Assembly: GCA_036782775.1 (NCBI GenBank)
Contig: DAIPYJ010000011.1
Location: 1,317 to 65,316 of the forward strand
Length of the DNA stretch: 64,000 bases
Reading direction: 5' to 3'
Source of the DNA: Candidatus Dormiibacterota bacterium
GTDB lineage: Bacteria; Chloroflexota; Dormibacteria; CF-121
Shown here piece after piece: positions 55,251 through 64,000 of the stretch (the stretch's first letter is position 1; each line of letters starts with the position of its first letter). The notes beneath the pieces were generated by a model. It was not told the DNA's origin. It did no database searches and saw nothing but the letters and a program-made list of their open reading frames with translations. Position numbers and translations under genes: made by a program.

Positions 55251-55910
55251 ATGCTTAGATGGGGACCAATGAGCTGGCGTATCCGGTCGACCTGGCGCCG
55301 CTCGTGGGCGCTGCTGGTTGCGATCGGGCTGATCGCCAGTCTCGGCCTCCTTGGATTGACGGCGTACAACTGGGTCGAGATTCCGTTCCTCAAGTTCGAG
55401 CTTGCTGCCGGCCAGTGCAAGTTCGGTCCACCCTTAGCCGGCGTCTACTTCCCCAGCCGCCTCCATGTGCTGAATCGCTGCATGACGGTGAGCGGCGTCG
55501 TCGATTGTTTCAAGGTCGAGCCTGATGGTGACGTCCACCTGCGCGTCCGGTTGGATCCTCAGTTCTCGGGGCTGCTGAAACCGGCCAACGCGCTGCAGAC
55601 CTGCGCCGACCATTTAGGCCCACACATCGTCGTCGAGATCATTCCGCAGCACCCCGAAGGTCTTCTCTTCAGAAATAACGATGCCGACGCCGGAGGGTTC
55701 ATCGATCCACAAATGCCCGCTCCCGGCGAGCACGTCACGGTCACCGGGCCCTACGTCATCGACACCAACATCCTTCACCGTGTCCTCTACCAGGGGAGGG
55801 TCGCTGAGAATTGGGCAGAGATTCATCCCGCCTGGGCGATCCGGGTCGATCAACCAGTCAGCCCTGCCCAGCCGAACAAGTTCGGCCCGGCGTTTGGAGA
55901 ATCTGGTTGA
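55251..55910 (+). CDS. Membrane-anchored hypothetical protein, OB-fold-like
   Basis: N-terminal TM; EPDGDVH, VVEIIP, WAEIHP motifs. Confidence 0.65.
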   Translation: MLRWGPMSWRIRSTWRRSWALLVAIGLIASLGLLGLTAYNWVEIPFLKFELAAGQCKFGPPLAGVYFPSRLHVLNRCMTVSGVVDCFKVEPDGDVHLRVRLDPQFSGLLKPANALQTCADHLGPHIVVEIIPQHPEGLLFRNNDADAGGFIDPQMPAPGEHVTVTGPYVIDTNILHRVLYQGRVAENWAEIHPAWAIRVDQPVSPAQPNKFGPAFGESG

Positions 55911-55924
55911 CCTTCGGCAAAAAG

Positions 55925-56878
55925 TTAGATCGCTTCTGACCTGGTCTCCGTCTTCGATTCGGAGCTGATGTCGGGAACCGACTCAACGGCGACCTCCCGG
56001 ACATCGGGAATAGCCTCCAGGATCGTCTTTTCCACTTGATGGCTCAGCTCGTGCGCCTCCACGAACGATATGGTCGGAGGAAGGTGCACCCTCACGCGGA
56101 CCTCGACCTGCCGTCCCAGCCAGCGCACGCGCAGGTTCGTCACCGCTTTCACCTCTGGGATCTGGTTGATCGCAGCAAGCACGGTCCTGCCGACTTCGTC
56201 GTCATGAACGTCCATCAGGCGAGAGACCACATCCCGAGTCGCATCGATGCCGATGTGCACAATCAGCAGGGCGATCGCAAAGCCGGCTAGTGGGTCGGCC
56301 GCGCGAAAACCCAGTGCCACACCAATCAGGCCGACCAAGGCTCCTCCAGAGGCAATCGCGTCGAGCATCGAATGCTTGGCATCGACGATCAGGGGCGCAC
56401 TTTTGATCGCACGACCGACCTTGAGCTTGTAGCGGGCCACTAGCTGGTTGCCAACGATGCCAACGACGGCCGCCACCATGCCAATGGCCAGGTGGCTCGT
56501 GCCGCGGCCCGAGACAAACTTCTCGTAGGACTGCCAGGCTGCGAGCACGGCACTTGCCCAAATCGCGGCGACGATCACGATGCCCGCAAGATCCTCGGCG
56601 CGGCCATAACCATACGGGTACCTTGCCGTGGCCGTCCGTCGCGACGCACGAAAGCCCAAATAGACGCCAACGGTCGTGAAGACGTCGCCGAGATTGTGCA
56701 AGGCATCGGATAGCAGGGCCACGCTGCCAGATAGGAAGACGACACCAAGTTCGAAGCTGCTGGTCAGCAACAGACCAAGTGACGAGAAGACGATGGCGCG
56801 CATCGCCTTCTGACGGTTGGCCTCGTCGCTGCCTCGCTCGGGCAGATAGAAGATCCCCGGCTGAGCGCGGTGCGTCAT
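55925..56878 (-). CDS. Cation diffusion facilitator family transporter
   Basis: LLSDALHNLGD, GYGRAEDL, VDAKHSMLD, C-terminal dimerisation domain. Confidence 0.92.
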   Translation of the reverse strand: MTHRAQPGIFYLPERGSDEANRQKAMRAIVFSSLGLLLTSSFELGVVFLSGSVALLSDALHNLGDVFTTVGVYLGFRASRRTATARYPYGYGRAEDLAGIVIVAAIWASAVLAAWQSYEKFVSGRGTSHLAIGMVAAVVGIVGNQLVARYKLKVGRAIKSAPLIVDAKHSMLDAIASGGALVGLIGVALGFRAADPLAGFAIALLIVHIGIDATRDVVSRLMDVHDDEVGRTVLAAINQIPEVKAVTNLRVRWLGRQVEVRVRVHLPPTISFVEAHELSHQVEKTILEAIPDVREVAVESVPDISSESKTETRSEAI

Positions 56879-57016
56879 CGTCTTAATAGTGGCGGATGGC
56901 AATCGGCGGCCATGATGGCTGATCGGAGGCATGCAAGTCGTCGGTCAGCTAGCTCAAGATCAGCCTTGCGTTGCAGCTTGCCGCAGAAGCCGGTGGCGTC
57001 GTATGTTTGGCAGCAA

Positions 57017-57322
57017 ATGGATGATGCCAAGCCCGAAGTTGCGGCGGAAAAGGCGATACAGCCCGATCGGCTTCTTCCGGGCGAGGCGCGAGACACTCGT
57101 CTCTTGGAAGACGCAGAGCACTGGTTGGCCGTATACACGGAACTCGTACAGGGCAAACAGTCAATGGTGGCTGCCACACGTCAAACGATCGATGCGATGA
57201 GTCGGAATGATGCTCGCCGCGAGGTGGAATCGACGGATATGGTCGTGCTCGCACGCGAGCTCGACCGCTTTCGCCGTGGAATGGACTTTTGGAAGACTCG
57301 CATCCACGAGTTGCAGGGTTGA
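57017..57322 (+). CDS. Small helical hypothetical protein (paralog of 29533-29784)
   Basis: LLPGE...EDAEHWLAVYTEL...RFRRGMDFWKTR. Confidence 0.7.
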   Translation: MDDAKPEVAAEKAIQPDRLLPGEARDTRLLEDAEHWLAVYTELVQGKQSMVAATRQTIDAMSRNDARREVESTDMVVLARELDRFRRGMDFWKTRIHELQG

Positions 57323-57436
57323 TTAGTTACAGGAACGGCGCTACGGCAAGACAGCCCTAGCAGTCAGCCTGCCGACGCTCTGAATTCGTTGGCTTGAGAC
57401 TCTGGCGGAAGGGTGCTAGGGTGATTTTTGAGATTT

Positions 57437-57715
57437 ATGCCTGAGAATGTGATTGTTAAGCCAAGACCGGCCGATCGCTGCACTTTTCGGCGTCCCTTCG
57501 CGCCTGGATTCGACGAATGTCCGACCTTTGAAGCCGTCGAATACGGTGTCACCAATTTCACCGGGGATCCTCTCCGGTCGATCATCACGTGCGTTCACCT
57601 GGAGCCCGGCGCGTTGGATCCGGATTTTCCGAACGCCTCGGCTTACCCACGTTGCGCCATCGGAGGGCCGGCCGAGCGGGCCGCGTATGCGGCGTTCGGC
57701 CCGGCGAGCGGCTAA
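57437..57715 (+). CDS. Small Cys/Pro-rich hypothetical protein
   Basis: RC...ECP...TCVHL...PRC: four Cys plus His in 92 aa. Confidence 0.65.
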   Translation: MPENVIVKPRPADRCTFRRPFAPGFDECPTFEAVEYGVTNFTGDPLRSIITCVHLEPGALDPDFPNASAYPRCAIGGPAERAAYAAFGPASG

Positions 57716-57797
57716 TCGCGTTGAGCCACCCGGTTGATAAACATGGAGGAAGGCCCGGGTAGCCGGGCTTTCCTCCGACGGCATCGGGAGCTAAGGC

Positions 57798-58847
57798 TTA
57801 GCTGGCGTTGTCGGCGAACTGGTTGGTGTAGGTCTTGCTCAGGTCGATGGTCGCGTTCTCGCTCTTGAAGCTCGGCACGTAACTCTTGAGCACATTGAGG
57901 ACGGTCTGCGGACCCGAGGACGGCATCTTGCAATCGGTGTTGAACTGACCCATCTGGTTCTGCAGCGCGGTGACATAAAGGTCCTTGCTGGGGAGCAGGT
58001 AATCCGCCGGCATCTTGTCCGCGATCTGAGCGGCAGTATGGCTGTGCATCCACTTCATCGTCTTGGTGTAGACGTTGACCAGGCGCTGAGCAACGTCCTT
58101 GTGGCTGTTGACCCAATCGTTCTTCGCGAAGATGCCGATGAAGGGATAGTCGCCGCCGAGCGCCGCTTCCGTGGACTTCGGGTCGCGCAGGTCAATGAGC
58201 ACCTTGCCGACGCCGCTCTGGACCAACCGGGTAATGGTCGGCTCGGTTGTCATCCCCGCATCGATCTGGTTGTGCTGCATGGCCGCGATGAAGGTATCGC
58301 CCGCTCCGACCCCGATGTAATGGGCCGAGGCCGGATCCACGCCCGCCTTACCCAGCAGCGCCATGGTGAGCGTGTGGGTGCCGGAGCCAAGCTCGGTGAT
58401 ACCGAGGTTTTTGCCTTTGAGGTCGGCGGCGGATGTGATCGAGCTGGCTTCATTAGCCCTTACCATCTCGGCCTCACCAGGCGCGACACCGAACTGGCAG
58501 ATGGTCTCCATGTTCTTCCCTTTCGCCTGCAGGTCGATCGTGTGGTTGTAGGCTCCGGAGCCGGCGTCGACGGCGCCCGCCACGACTTCTTCCTCGGTGG
58601 CCTGTCCGGATGCCTCGTCGTCGAGCGTGATGTCGATGTTCTCCGCCGCGAAGTAGCCGAGCTGTTTGGCGAGCATGTTGGGCAGGTAGATCTGCTTGTT
58701 CAGCCCTCCCACCATGAGCGTCAATTTGACCGGCGAGCCTGATGATCCGCTTGCGCCGGTGGACGTGTTGTTGCCACTTCCACAGGCGCTGAGCAGCAGG
58801 GCCGCCACTGATAGCCCGACGAACGCTTTACCAGTCAATGCCTGCAT
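57798..58847 (-). CDS. NitT/TauT (SsuA/THI5-like) ABC substrate-binding lipoprotein
   Basis: Lipobox LSAC; LKGKNLGIT, IDAGMT motifs. Confidence 0.9.
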   Translation of the reverse strand: MQALTGKAFVGLSVAALLLSACGSGNNTSTGASGSSGSPVKLTLMVGGLNKQIYLPNMLAKQLGYFAAENIDITLDDEASGQATEEEVVAGAVDAGSGAYNHTIDLQAKGKNMETICQFGVAPGEAEMVRANEASSITSAADLKGKNLGITELGSGTHTLTMALLGKAGVDPASAHYIGVGAGDTFIAAMQHNQIDAGMTTEPTITRLVQSGVGKVLIDLRDPKSTEAALGGDYPFIGIFAKNDWVNSHKDVAQRLVNVYTKTMKWMHSHTAAQIADKMPADYLLPSKDLYVTALQNQMGQFNTDCKMPSSGPQTVLNVLKSYVPSFKSENATIDLSKTYTNQFADNAS

Positions 58848-58858
58848 CGAATCCTCCT

Positions 58859-59812
58859 CTAAATAGTTGTTGCGCCGCTAACTTGTCGTGGTCGCCAGGT
58901 GATAAGCCGGTTTTCGATCAGGGTGATCAGGCTCTCGGCCACGAGCGCCAGGACGGCCAGGAGCAACATCCCGGCGTAGACGCCATCGGCGTCGAACAGG
59001 TTTTTCGAGTTGTAGATCAGCTCGCCGACACCCTGCGTAGCCCCGAAGAGCTCGCCCACCACCGCCCCGACCAGGGCGAGGCCGAAGCTGATATGCAGGC
59101 TGGCCACGATCCAGGTGAGCGCCGAGGGCACGATGATCTCGGTTGTCAGGCGGCGGTTACTCGCGCCCAGGATGCGCGCGTTGGCAATCAGGTTGGGATC
59201 GACCTCACGCACACCCTGAAATGCGTTGAAGAAGACGACGAAGAAGACCAGGATCCCGGCGGTCATGACCTTCGGTATCAGGCCGAGGCCGAACATGATG
59301 GTGAAGATGGCCCCGAGCACAACGCGCGGGATGGAGTTACCCGCCTTGATGTAAGGCGAGAGCACGTCAGACAGCAGACGGATCCGGCCGAGGAGCACCC
59401 CGAACGTGACTCCGAAGAGAACACCGACGATAAATCCGAGGATGGTCTCTTCCATCGTGATCGCGATTTGCAGCCAGAGCGGGCCGAGCGAAGTTCCCTG
59501 CGTAATCCAGAGCCACAGCCGGGCCGCGATTCGGGAAGGCATGCCGAAGAAGAAGGGATCGGTCCAATTCATCCGGGCGCTCAGCTCCCAGGCGGCAACG
59601 AGGACGACACCAAACAGGACGCGCAGCGCGTAGACGAAATAACGACGCCGGCGGATAGCGCGACGGCGCTGGGCGAGCAGCTCGGCGTCCGAGGTGGAAG
59701 GCGCGAGGGCCCAGGCAGGAGCGACAGGTGCGGCTGGGCCACCCTGCTGAGCCGACCCACCGCCCGGCTCCGCGGACACGCTAGACCGCGGCAGCGTGCT
59801 TCTGACGCTCAT
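58859..59812 (-). CDS. NitT/TauT ABC permease
   Basis: IPRVVL, ARILGAS, AVVGELFG motifs. Confidence 0.92.
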   Translation of the reverse strand: MSVRSTLPRSSVSAEPGGGSAQQGGPAAPVAPAWALAPSTSDAELLAQRRRAIRRRRYFVYALRVLFGVVLVAAWELSARMNWTDPFFFGMPSRIAARLWLWITQGTSLGPLWLQIAITMEETILGFIVGVLFGVTFGVLLGRIRLLSDVLSPYIKAGNSIPRVVLGAIFTIMFGLGLIPKVMTAGILVFFVVFFNAFQGVREVDPNLIANARILGASNRRLTTEIIVPSALTWIVASLHISFGLALVGAVVGELFGATQGVGELIYNSKNLFDADGVYAGMLLLAVLALVAESLITLIENRLITWRPRQVSGATTI

Positions 59813-60584
59813 AACTCACCAGCACCTCATCGCGCAATTGACTCCAGATCGCCTCGTAGATCTCGGTGAACCGCGGCTGGAAACGGATCTCGGCAACGTT
59901 GCGCGGCCGGGGGAGATCGACCGTGTAGGTCCCCTTGACCGTGCCGGGGCCGGCCGTCAGGACGACGACCCGGTCGGAGAGGGCAATCGCCTCCTCCAGG
60001 TCGTGGGTGACAAACACGACCGAAGGCCGACTCGCCGCCCACAGCGACAGGAGCTCGTTCTCCATCAAGGTCCGCGTCTGCACGTCGAGGGCGGAAAAGG
60101 GTTCGTCCATTAAGAGGATGCGCGGACCGTTGATCAGGCTCTGGGCCAGGCCGACCCGTTTACGCATGCCGCCCGAGAGCTGGTGAGGATAGCGGTCTTC
60201 GAAGCCGGCCAGGCCGACCCGTGCGATCCACTCCCGGGCTCGCTGGCGGGGATTGTCGACGCCGTGGTATCGCGGGCCGGCGGCCACGTTCTCGAGGACA
60301 GTCTTCCAGGGAAAGACGGCATCGGTCTGGAAGACATAGCCGATTCCGTCCGGGATGCCGCGCACCGGCTGCCCCATCACCACGACCTCACCGACGCTGG
60401 GCGGCTCGAGTCCGGAAATCAGGGCGAGCGTGGTGGACTTGCCGCAACCAGTGGGACCGACCACGGAGCAGAACTCCCCCTCCCCGACTTCCATGGTCAG
60501 GTCGCGGATCGCCGTGTAGACGCCGCCTTTCGGCGTGGCAAAGCGCTTGGTCACGCTGCGGAGCTCGATTGCCGGAGCAGCCAT
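59781..60584 (-). CDS. NitT/TauT ABC ATPase
   Basis: GPTGCGKST, LSGGMRKR, MDEPFSALD motifs. Confidence 0.95.
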   Translation of the reverse strand: MAAPAIELRSVTKRFATPKGGVYTAIRDLTMEVGEGEFCSVVGPTGCGKSTTLALISGLEPPSVGEVVVMGQPVRGIPDGIGYVFQTDAVFPWKTVLENVAAGPRYHGVDNPRQRAREWIARVGLAGFEDRYPHQLSGGMRKRVGLAQSLINGPRILLMDEPFSALDVQTRTLMENELLSLWAASRPSVVFVTHDLEEAIALSDRVVVLTAGPGTVKGTYTVDLPRPRNVAEIRFQPRFTEIYEAIWSQLRDEVLVSYERQKHAAAV

Positions 60585-60690
60585 GTAGCAGCCACCCTAA
60601 AACGCCCACTGTCAGGCTGAAAAGCCTTGCGGAGGTTACGGGCGTTTTGGTCTTAGTGGTCGCTTTGCGTTGAGGCGGGGACGGGATACG

Positions 60691-62343
60691 ATGGCTGCAA
60701 TGGGCAGGCTGCTTCGGCTCAGCCTGGCATCACGCATCCTCGTTTTACAGGTGGCCGTGATTGTCGGGGCGCTGATCATCGGGACACTCGTGACAGTCGC
60801 CGTCGAGCGGAGCCAGCTGGACTCACGCTACGAGGGGCAGGCTCTGAACGTGGCGGAATCCGTCGCCGGAATGCCTTCAGTTCGCGAAGCGCTGCGCGAC
60901 TCGGACCCGTCGCGGACGCTCCAGCCGCTGGCGGAAGGCATGCGCAAGGCGTCCGGTGCGAGCTTCATCGTCATAACCGGGCCCGACGGCACTCGTTATT
61001 CGCACCCGAACCCGTCGCTGATCGGCAAGAAGGTGGATGAAAACCCTGCGCCGGTGCTGGCGGGTCACAGCTTCGTCGGGATCCAGCATGGAACGCTGGG
61101 AACCTCGGCTCGAGGCAAGGCCCCAATCTTCGATGGGACCGGCAAGGTGGTCGGCATGGTCTCGGTCGGCTTCCTTGAAACAGAACTTTGGAAGCAGCTG
61201 ATGAATGACTTGAGACAGTTGATCCTGGCATTGCTGGTGGCGGTGGGGCTGGCTGTGATCGGCGCATTGCTACTGGCTCGCCATCTCAAGCGGCAGACCT
61301 TTGGACTCGAGCCGCAGGAGATCGCGGCGTTACTCGAGCAGCGGGAGGCAAGCCTGCACGGCATTCGGGAAGGCACGGTCGCAACTGACCTGGAAGGCCG
61401 GATCACCCTGATCAACGATGAGGCGCGCCGCCTGCTGCGTCTGCCCGACGATGTCCAGGGGAAGCGTCTGATCGACGTGCTGCCGGCTGGTCGTGTCCGT
61501 GAGGTGCTCAACGGCCAGGTGACCGGGGCCGACGAAACCGTGCTCGCGGCGGATCGGGTGCTGGTCGTGAGTCGGATGCCGGTAGTGGTTCGCAGACGTA
61601 CGATCGGCTACGTCGCGACGTTCCGGGACCGGACCGAGCTGGAAGGGCTGTTGCGTGAGCTGGACAACGCAAGGAGCGTGACCGAGGCGCTGCGCGCGCA
61701 GGCGCACGACTTCTCCAACCGGCTGCACACCATTGCCGGACTGATCGAGCTGGGCCGCTACGAGGAGGCGATGCAGCTAACCACAGAATCGTCGTCGGTG
61801 TCGCAGGAGCTGACCGAATCCCTACTGGAGCGCGTCGCCGACCCGGTGCTGGGCGCGCTTTTGCTCGGAAAGTCTGCCGTGGCCGCGGAAAGAGGCATTG
61901 CATTTCGCCTCTCGCCTGATAGCCGGCTGGACGGAGACGCCGGACATCCGCGCGACCTGATCACAGTGGTCGGCAACCTCATCGACAATGCGCTGGAGGC
62001 AGTGGCTGCCAGCCCTAATGGCGGGCCGCGCTGGGTGGAAGTTTCGATGCGTAAGACAGACACGCAGCTCGTGATCAGCGTGCACGACTCGGGACCGGGG
62101 ATCGCTGGAGATGATCCACAGCGGATTTTTGCGGAAGGCTACACCACGAAAGTTGCCCCGCCCGGCGCACGGCGTGGACTCGGCCTGGCCCTGGTCAAGC
62201 AGGTTGCCGCTCGACGCGGCGGCGAAGTCACTGTAGTGAACCGCGGCGGTGCCGTCTTTACAGTGCGACTCCCGGTCGAGCCTCATGGCAAGTCAGGGGA
62301 GCCAGTACCAGATAGGTCTAAGCCGGCTGAGGTGCATGCATGA
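60691..62343 (+). CDS. CitA/DcuS-type sensor histidine kinase
   Basis: Cache (RYSHPNP...GTLG), PAS, LRAQAHDFSNRLH, GNLIDNA motifs. Confidence 0.93.
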   Translation: MAAMGRLLRLSLASRILVLQVAVIVGALIIGTLVTVAVERSQLDSRYEGQALNVAESVAGMPSVREALRDSDPSRTLQPLAEGMRKASGASFIVITGPDGTRYSHPNPSLIGKKVDENPAPVLAGHSFVGIQHGTLGTSARGKAPIFDGTGKVVGMVSVGFLETELWKQLMNDLRQLILALLVAVGLAVIGALLLARHLKRQTFGLEPQEIAALLEQREASLHGIREGTVATDLEGRITLINDEARRLLRLPDDVQGKRLIDVLPAGRVREVLNGQVTGADETVLAADRVLVVSRMPVVVRRRTIGYVATFRDRTELEGLLRELDNARSVTEALRAQAHDFSNRLHTIAGLIELGRYEEAMQLTTESSSVSQELTESLLERVADPVLGALLLGKSAVAAERGIAFRLSPDSRLDGDAGHPRDLITVVGNLIDNALEAVAASPNGGPRWVEVSMRKTDTQLVISVHDSGPGIAGDDPQRIFAEGYTTKVAPPGARRGLGLALVKQVAARRGGEVTVVNRGGAVFTVRLPVEPHGKSGEPVPDRSKPAEVHA

Positions 62344-63038
62344 TCCGCACGCTGATCGTCGATGATGACTTCAGGGTTGCCGAGCTGCACCGGGCTTACG
62401 TCGAGAAGGTGCCCGGTTTCACCGTGGTTGGTGTCGCTGGCACCGGTGCGGACGCGCTCCGGATGGTCGCGAGCACGAAGGCCGATCTCGTCCTGCTCGA
62501 CATTTATCTGCCCGATATCTCTGGGCTCGAAGTGCTGCGGTCCGTGCGTGAGGTCGGTGCAGATGCGGTAGACATCATTGCCATTACTGCGGCCCGCGAC
62601 GTGGAAACGCTCCGTTCCGCAATGCATGGGGGCGTGATCCATTACCTGATCAAACCGTTTCGCTTCGCGGCCCTTCAAGACAAGCTCCAGAGCTATGCGG
62701 CGATGCGCCGCCGGCTAGCGGAGCTCTCTGAAGCCGACCAGAATGCGGTAGATGCGCTCTACCAGATGTTGCGTCAAGGCGGGACGGCTGAGGCGTTGCC
62801 GAAGGGACTGTCCCGGACAACGCTGGAGCTGGTGCTTCGCATCGTGCAGCAAGCGGGTAGCGCCTTGGCCGCTAGCGAGGTCGCCGATCGGGCTCAGCTC
62901 AGCCGGGTCACGGCGAGGCGCTATCTGGATCACCTGGTGCAGGCCGGCCGAGTTGAGCTGGTGATGCGGTATGGCGTGCCGGGGAGACCTGAGCATAGAT
63001 ATCGCTTGCTCGGTGCTCCGTTATTGAGCGGAACCTGA
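62340..63038 (+). CDS. CitB/DcuR-type response regulator
   Basis: LLDIYLPD, YLIKPF, SRVTARRYL, YGVPGRPEHRY motifs. Confidence 0.93.
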   Translation: MIRTLIVDDDFRVAELHRAYVEKVPGFTVVGVAGTGADALRMVASTKADLVLLDIYLPDISGLEVLRSVREVGADAVDIIAITAARDVETLRSAMHGGVIHYLIKPFRFAALQDKLQSYAAMRRRLAELSEADQNAVDALYQMLRQGGTAEALPKGLSRTTLELVLRIVQQAGSALAASEVADRAQLSRVTARRYLDHLVQAGRVELVMRYGVPGRPEHRYRLLGAPLLSGT

Positions 63039-63302
63039 ACATGGCCCGAGGTTGTCAGCCCGCCACATCGCTCGAACGTTTACCCCGATGTATCAGGCGA
63101 TCACGGACCTCAAGCTCCCGGCATCCGGGCTAAAAGCCGGCCAGCGCCGCAAGAGGTGCTAAACGCTTCCCATCGGCGTGACTGAGGGGGCACGTTCTCA
63201 TAACTCAGCGACATCGTGGCCGGCTCGGATATCGAGCGGTCCGAACGTGTTACAACAGCCTGGGAGGCGTGAGGCCTCCGGAAAAGGGAGGAGGTGTTGT
63301 CG

Positions 63303-64000
63303 ATGCGAAAGCGTGCGTTCGCCATCGTCGCCGTCGTTATGCTCCTGACAGCGTCGACCGTTACTCAGGCCGCCACCGGTATTGCCAGCGCGCCATCGAA
63401 CTTCAATGAGTTCACGGTTGCTCAGCTGGAGTCGATGATGTCGTCCGGCCAGCTCACCTCGGTTGCGCTCACTAACTTCTACCTCAAGCGAATCCTGGCG
63501 ATGGACCAGCAGGGTCCGGGCGTCAACTCCGTGATCGAGCTGAACCCGGACGCACTGTCGATGGCCCAGGCAGCCGATAACGCTCGCGCCGCTGGCAGGG
63601 TGCTGGGGCCGCTCCAAGGCATCCCGGTGCTGCTAAAGGACAACATCGACACCGGCGACAAGATGCAGACGAGCGCGGGATCGTTCGCGCTCGTGGGCAG
63701 CTCCGCAACACAGGACTCGACCGTGGCCGCGAAGCTCCGGGCCGGTGGAGCCGTCATCCTTGGCAAGACCAACCTCTCGGAATGGGCCAACTTTCGGTCC
63801 TTCGAGTCCATCAGCGGGTGGTCTGGCCGCGGCGGTCAGACGAACAACCCCTACGGGATCAACCGCAACCCCTGCGGCTCCAGCTCCGGCTCGGCGGCCG
63901 CGGTCTCGGCGAATTTCACAGCCGTCTCGCTCGGGACGGAGACGGACGGCAGCATCGTCTGCCCGGCCAACGCCAACGGGGTGGTCGGGATCAAACCCAC
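63303..64000 (+). CDS. Secreted amidase-signature family protein (partial, runs off right edge; absent from ORF track)
   Basis: GGAGG RBS, signal peptide, LKDNIDT, GKTNLSEWANFRS, GSSSGS, GTETDGSI motifs. Confidence 0.92.
   Translation, partial: MRKRAFAIVAVVMLLTASTVTQAATGIASAPSNFNEFTVAQLESMMSSGQLTSVALTNFYLKRILAMDQQGPGVNSVIELNPDALSMAQAADNARAAGRVLGPLQGIPVLLKDNIDTGDKMQTSAGSFALVGSSATQDSTVAAKLRAGGAVILGKTNLSEWANFRSFESISGWSGRGGQTNNPYGINRNPCGSSSGSAAAVSANFTAVSLGTETDGSIVCPANANGVVGIKP

Noticed and set aside
63040-63300. Possible structured RNA or riboswitch upstream of the amidase (small hairpins, GCAA loop near 63150)
   Set aside because: No recognisable family consensus; such hairpins are expected by chance at this GC content.

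Overview
GC-rich bacterial DNA. Gene content resembles soil Actinomycetota, Chloroflexota or Dormibacterota; this is inference and taxonomy cannot be fixed from the window. I found about 60 CDS and no recognisable rRNA, tRNA, CRISPR array or transposase. Main result: an ~16 kb locus (39685-55910) opens with two head-to-head genes that the ORF track splits at in-frame TGA codons. Both TGAs sit at the first position of a thioredoxin-fold CxxC motif (U-P-Y-C and U-P-D-C) and are followed by bacterial-SECIS-like hairpins, so these are two probable selenoproteins. The plus-strand one heads a tightly coupled 17-gene run: CcdA-like protein, ABC ATPase, FtsX-type permease, SGNH lipoprotein, DoxX, GT2, DUF2064/TIGR04282-type transferase, an acyl-CoA-dehydrogenase-fold protein without the usual C-terminal catalytic Glu, a signal-less solute-binding-fold protein, a radical SAM enzyme, DUF2079, NDP-sugar epimerase, beta-propeller lipoprotein, a two-component system and an OB-fold-like protein. 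From memory its core resembles the uncharacterised M. tuberculosis Rv1678-Rv1681 (fadE16/moeX) block. The ORF track also misses a >1900-aa secreted beta-helix repeat protein (5728 to <1, minus strand) and an amidase at the right edge. The rest is signalling genes (HD-GYP, cyclases, sigma-70, histidine kinases), a copper/metal island with two visible operators, carbohydrate/redox genes and several gene remnants.
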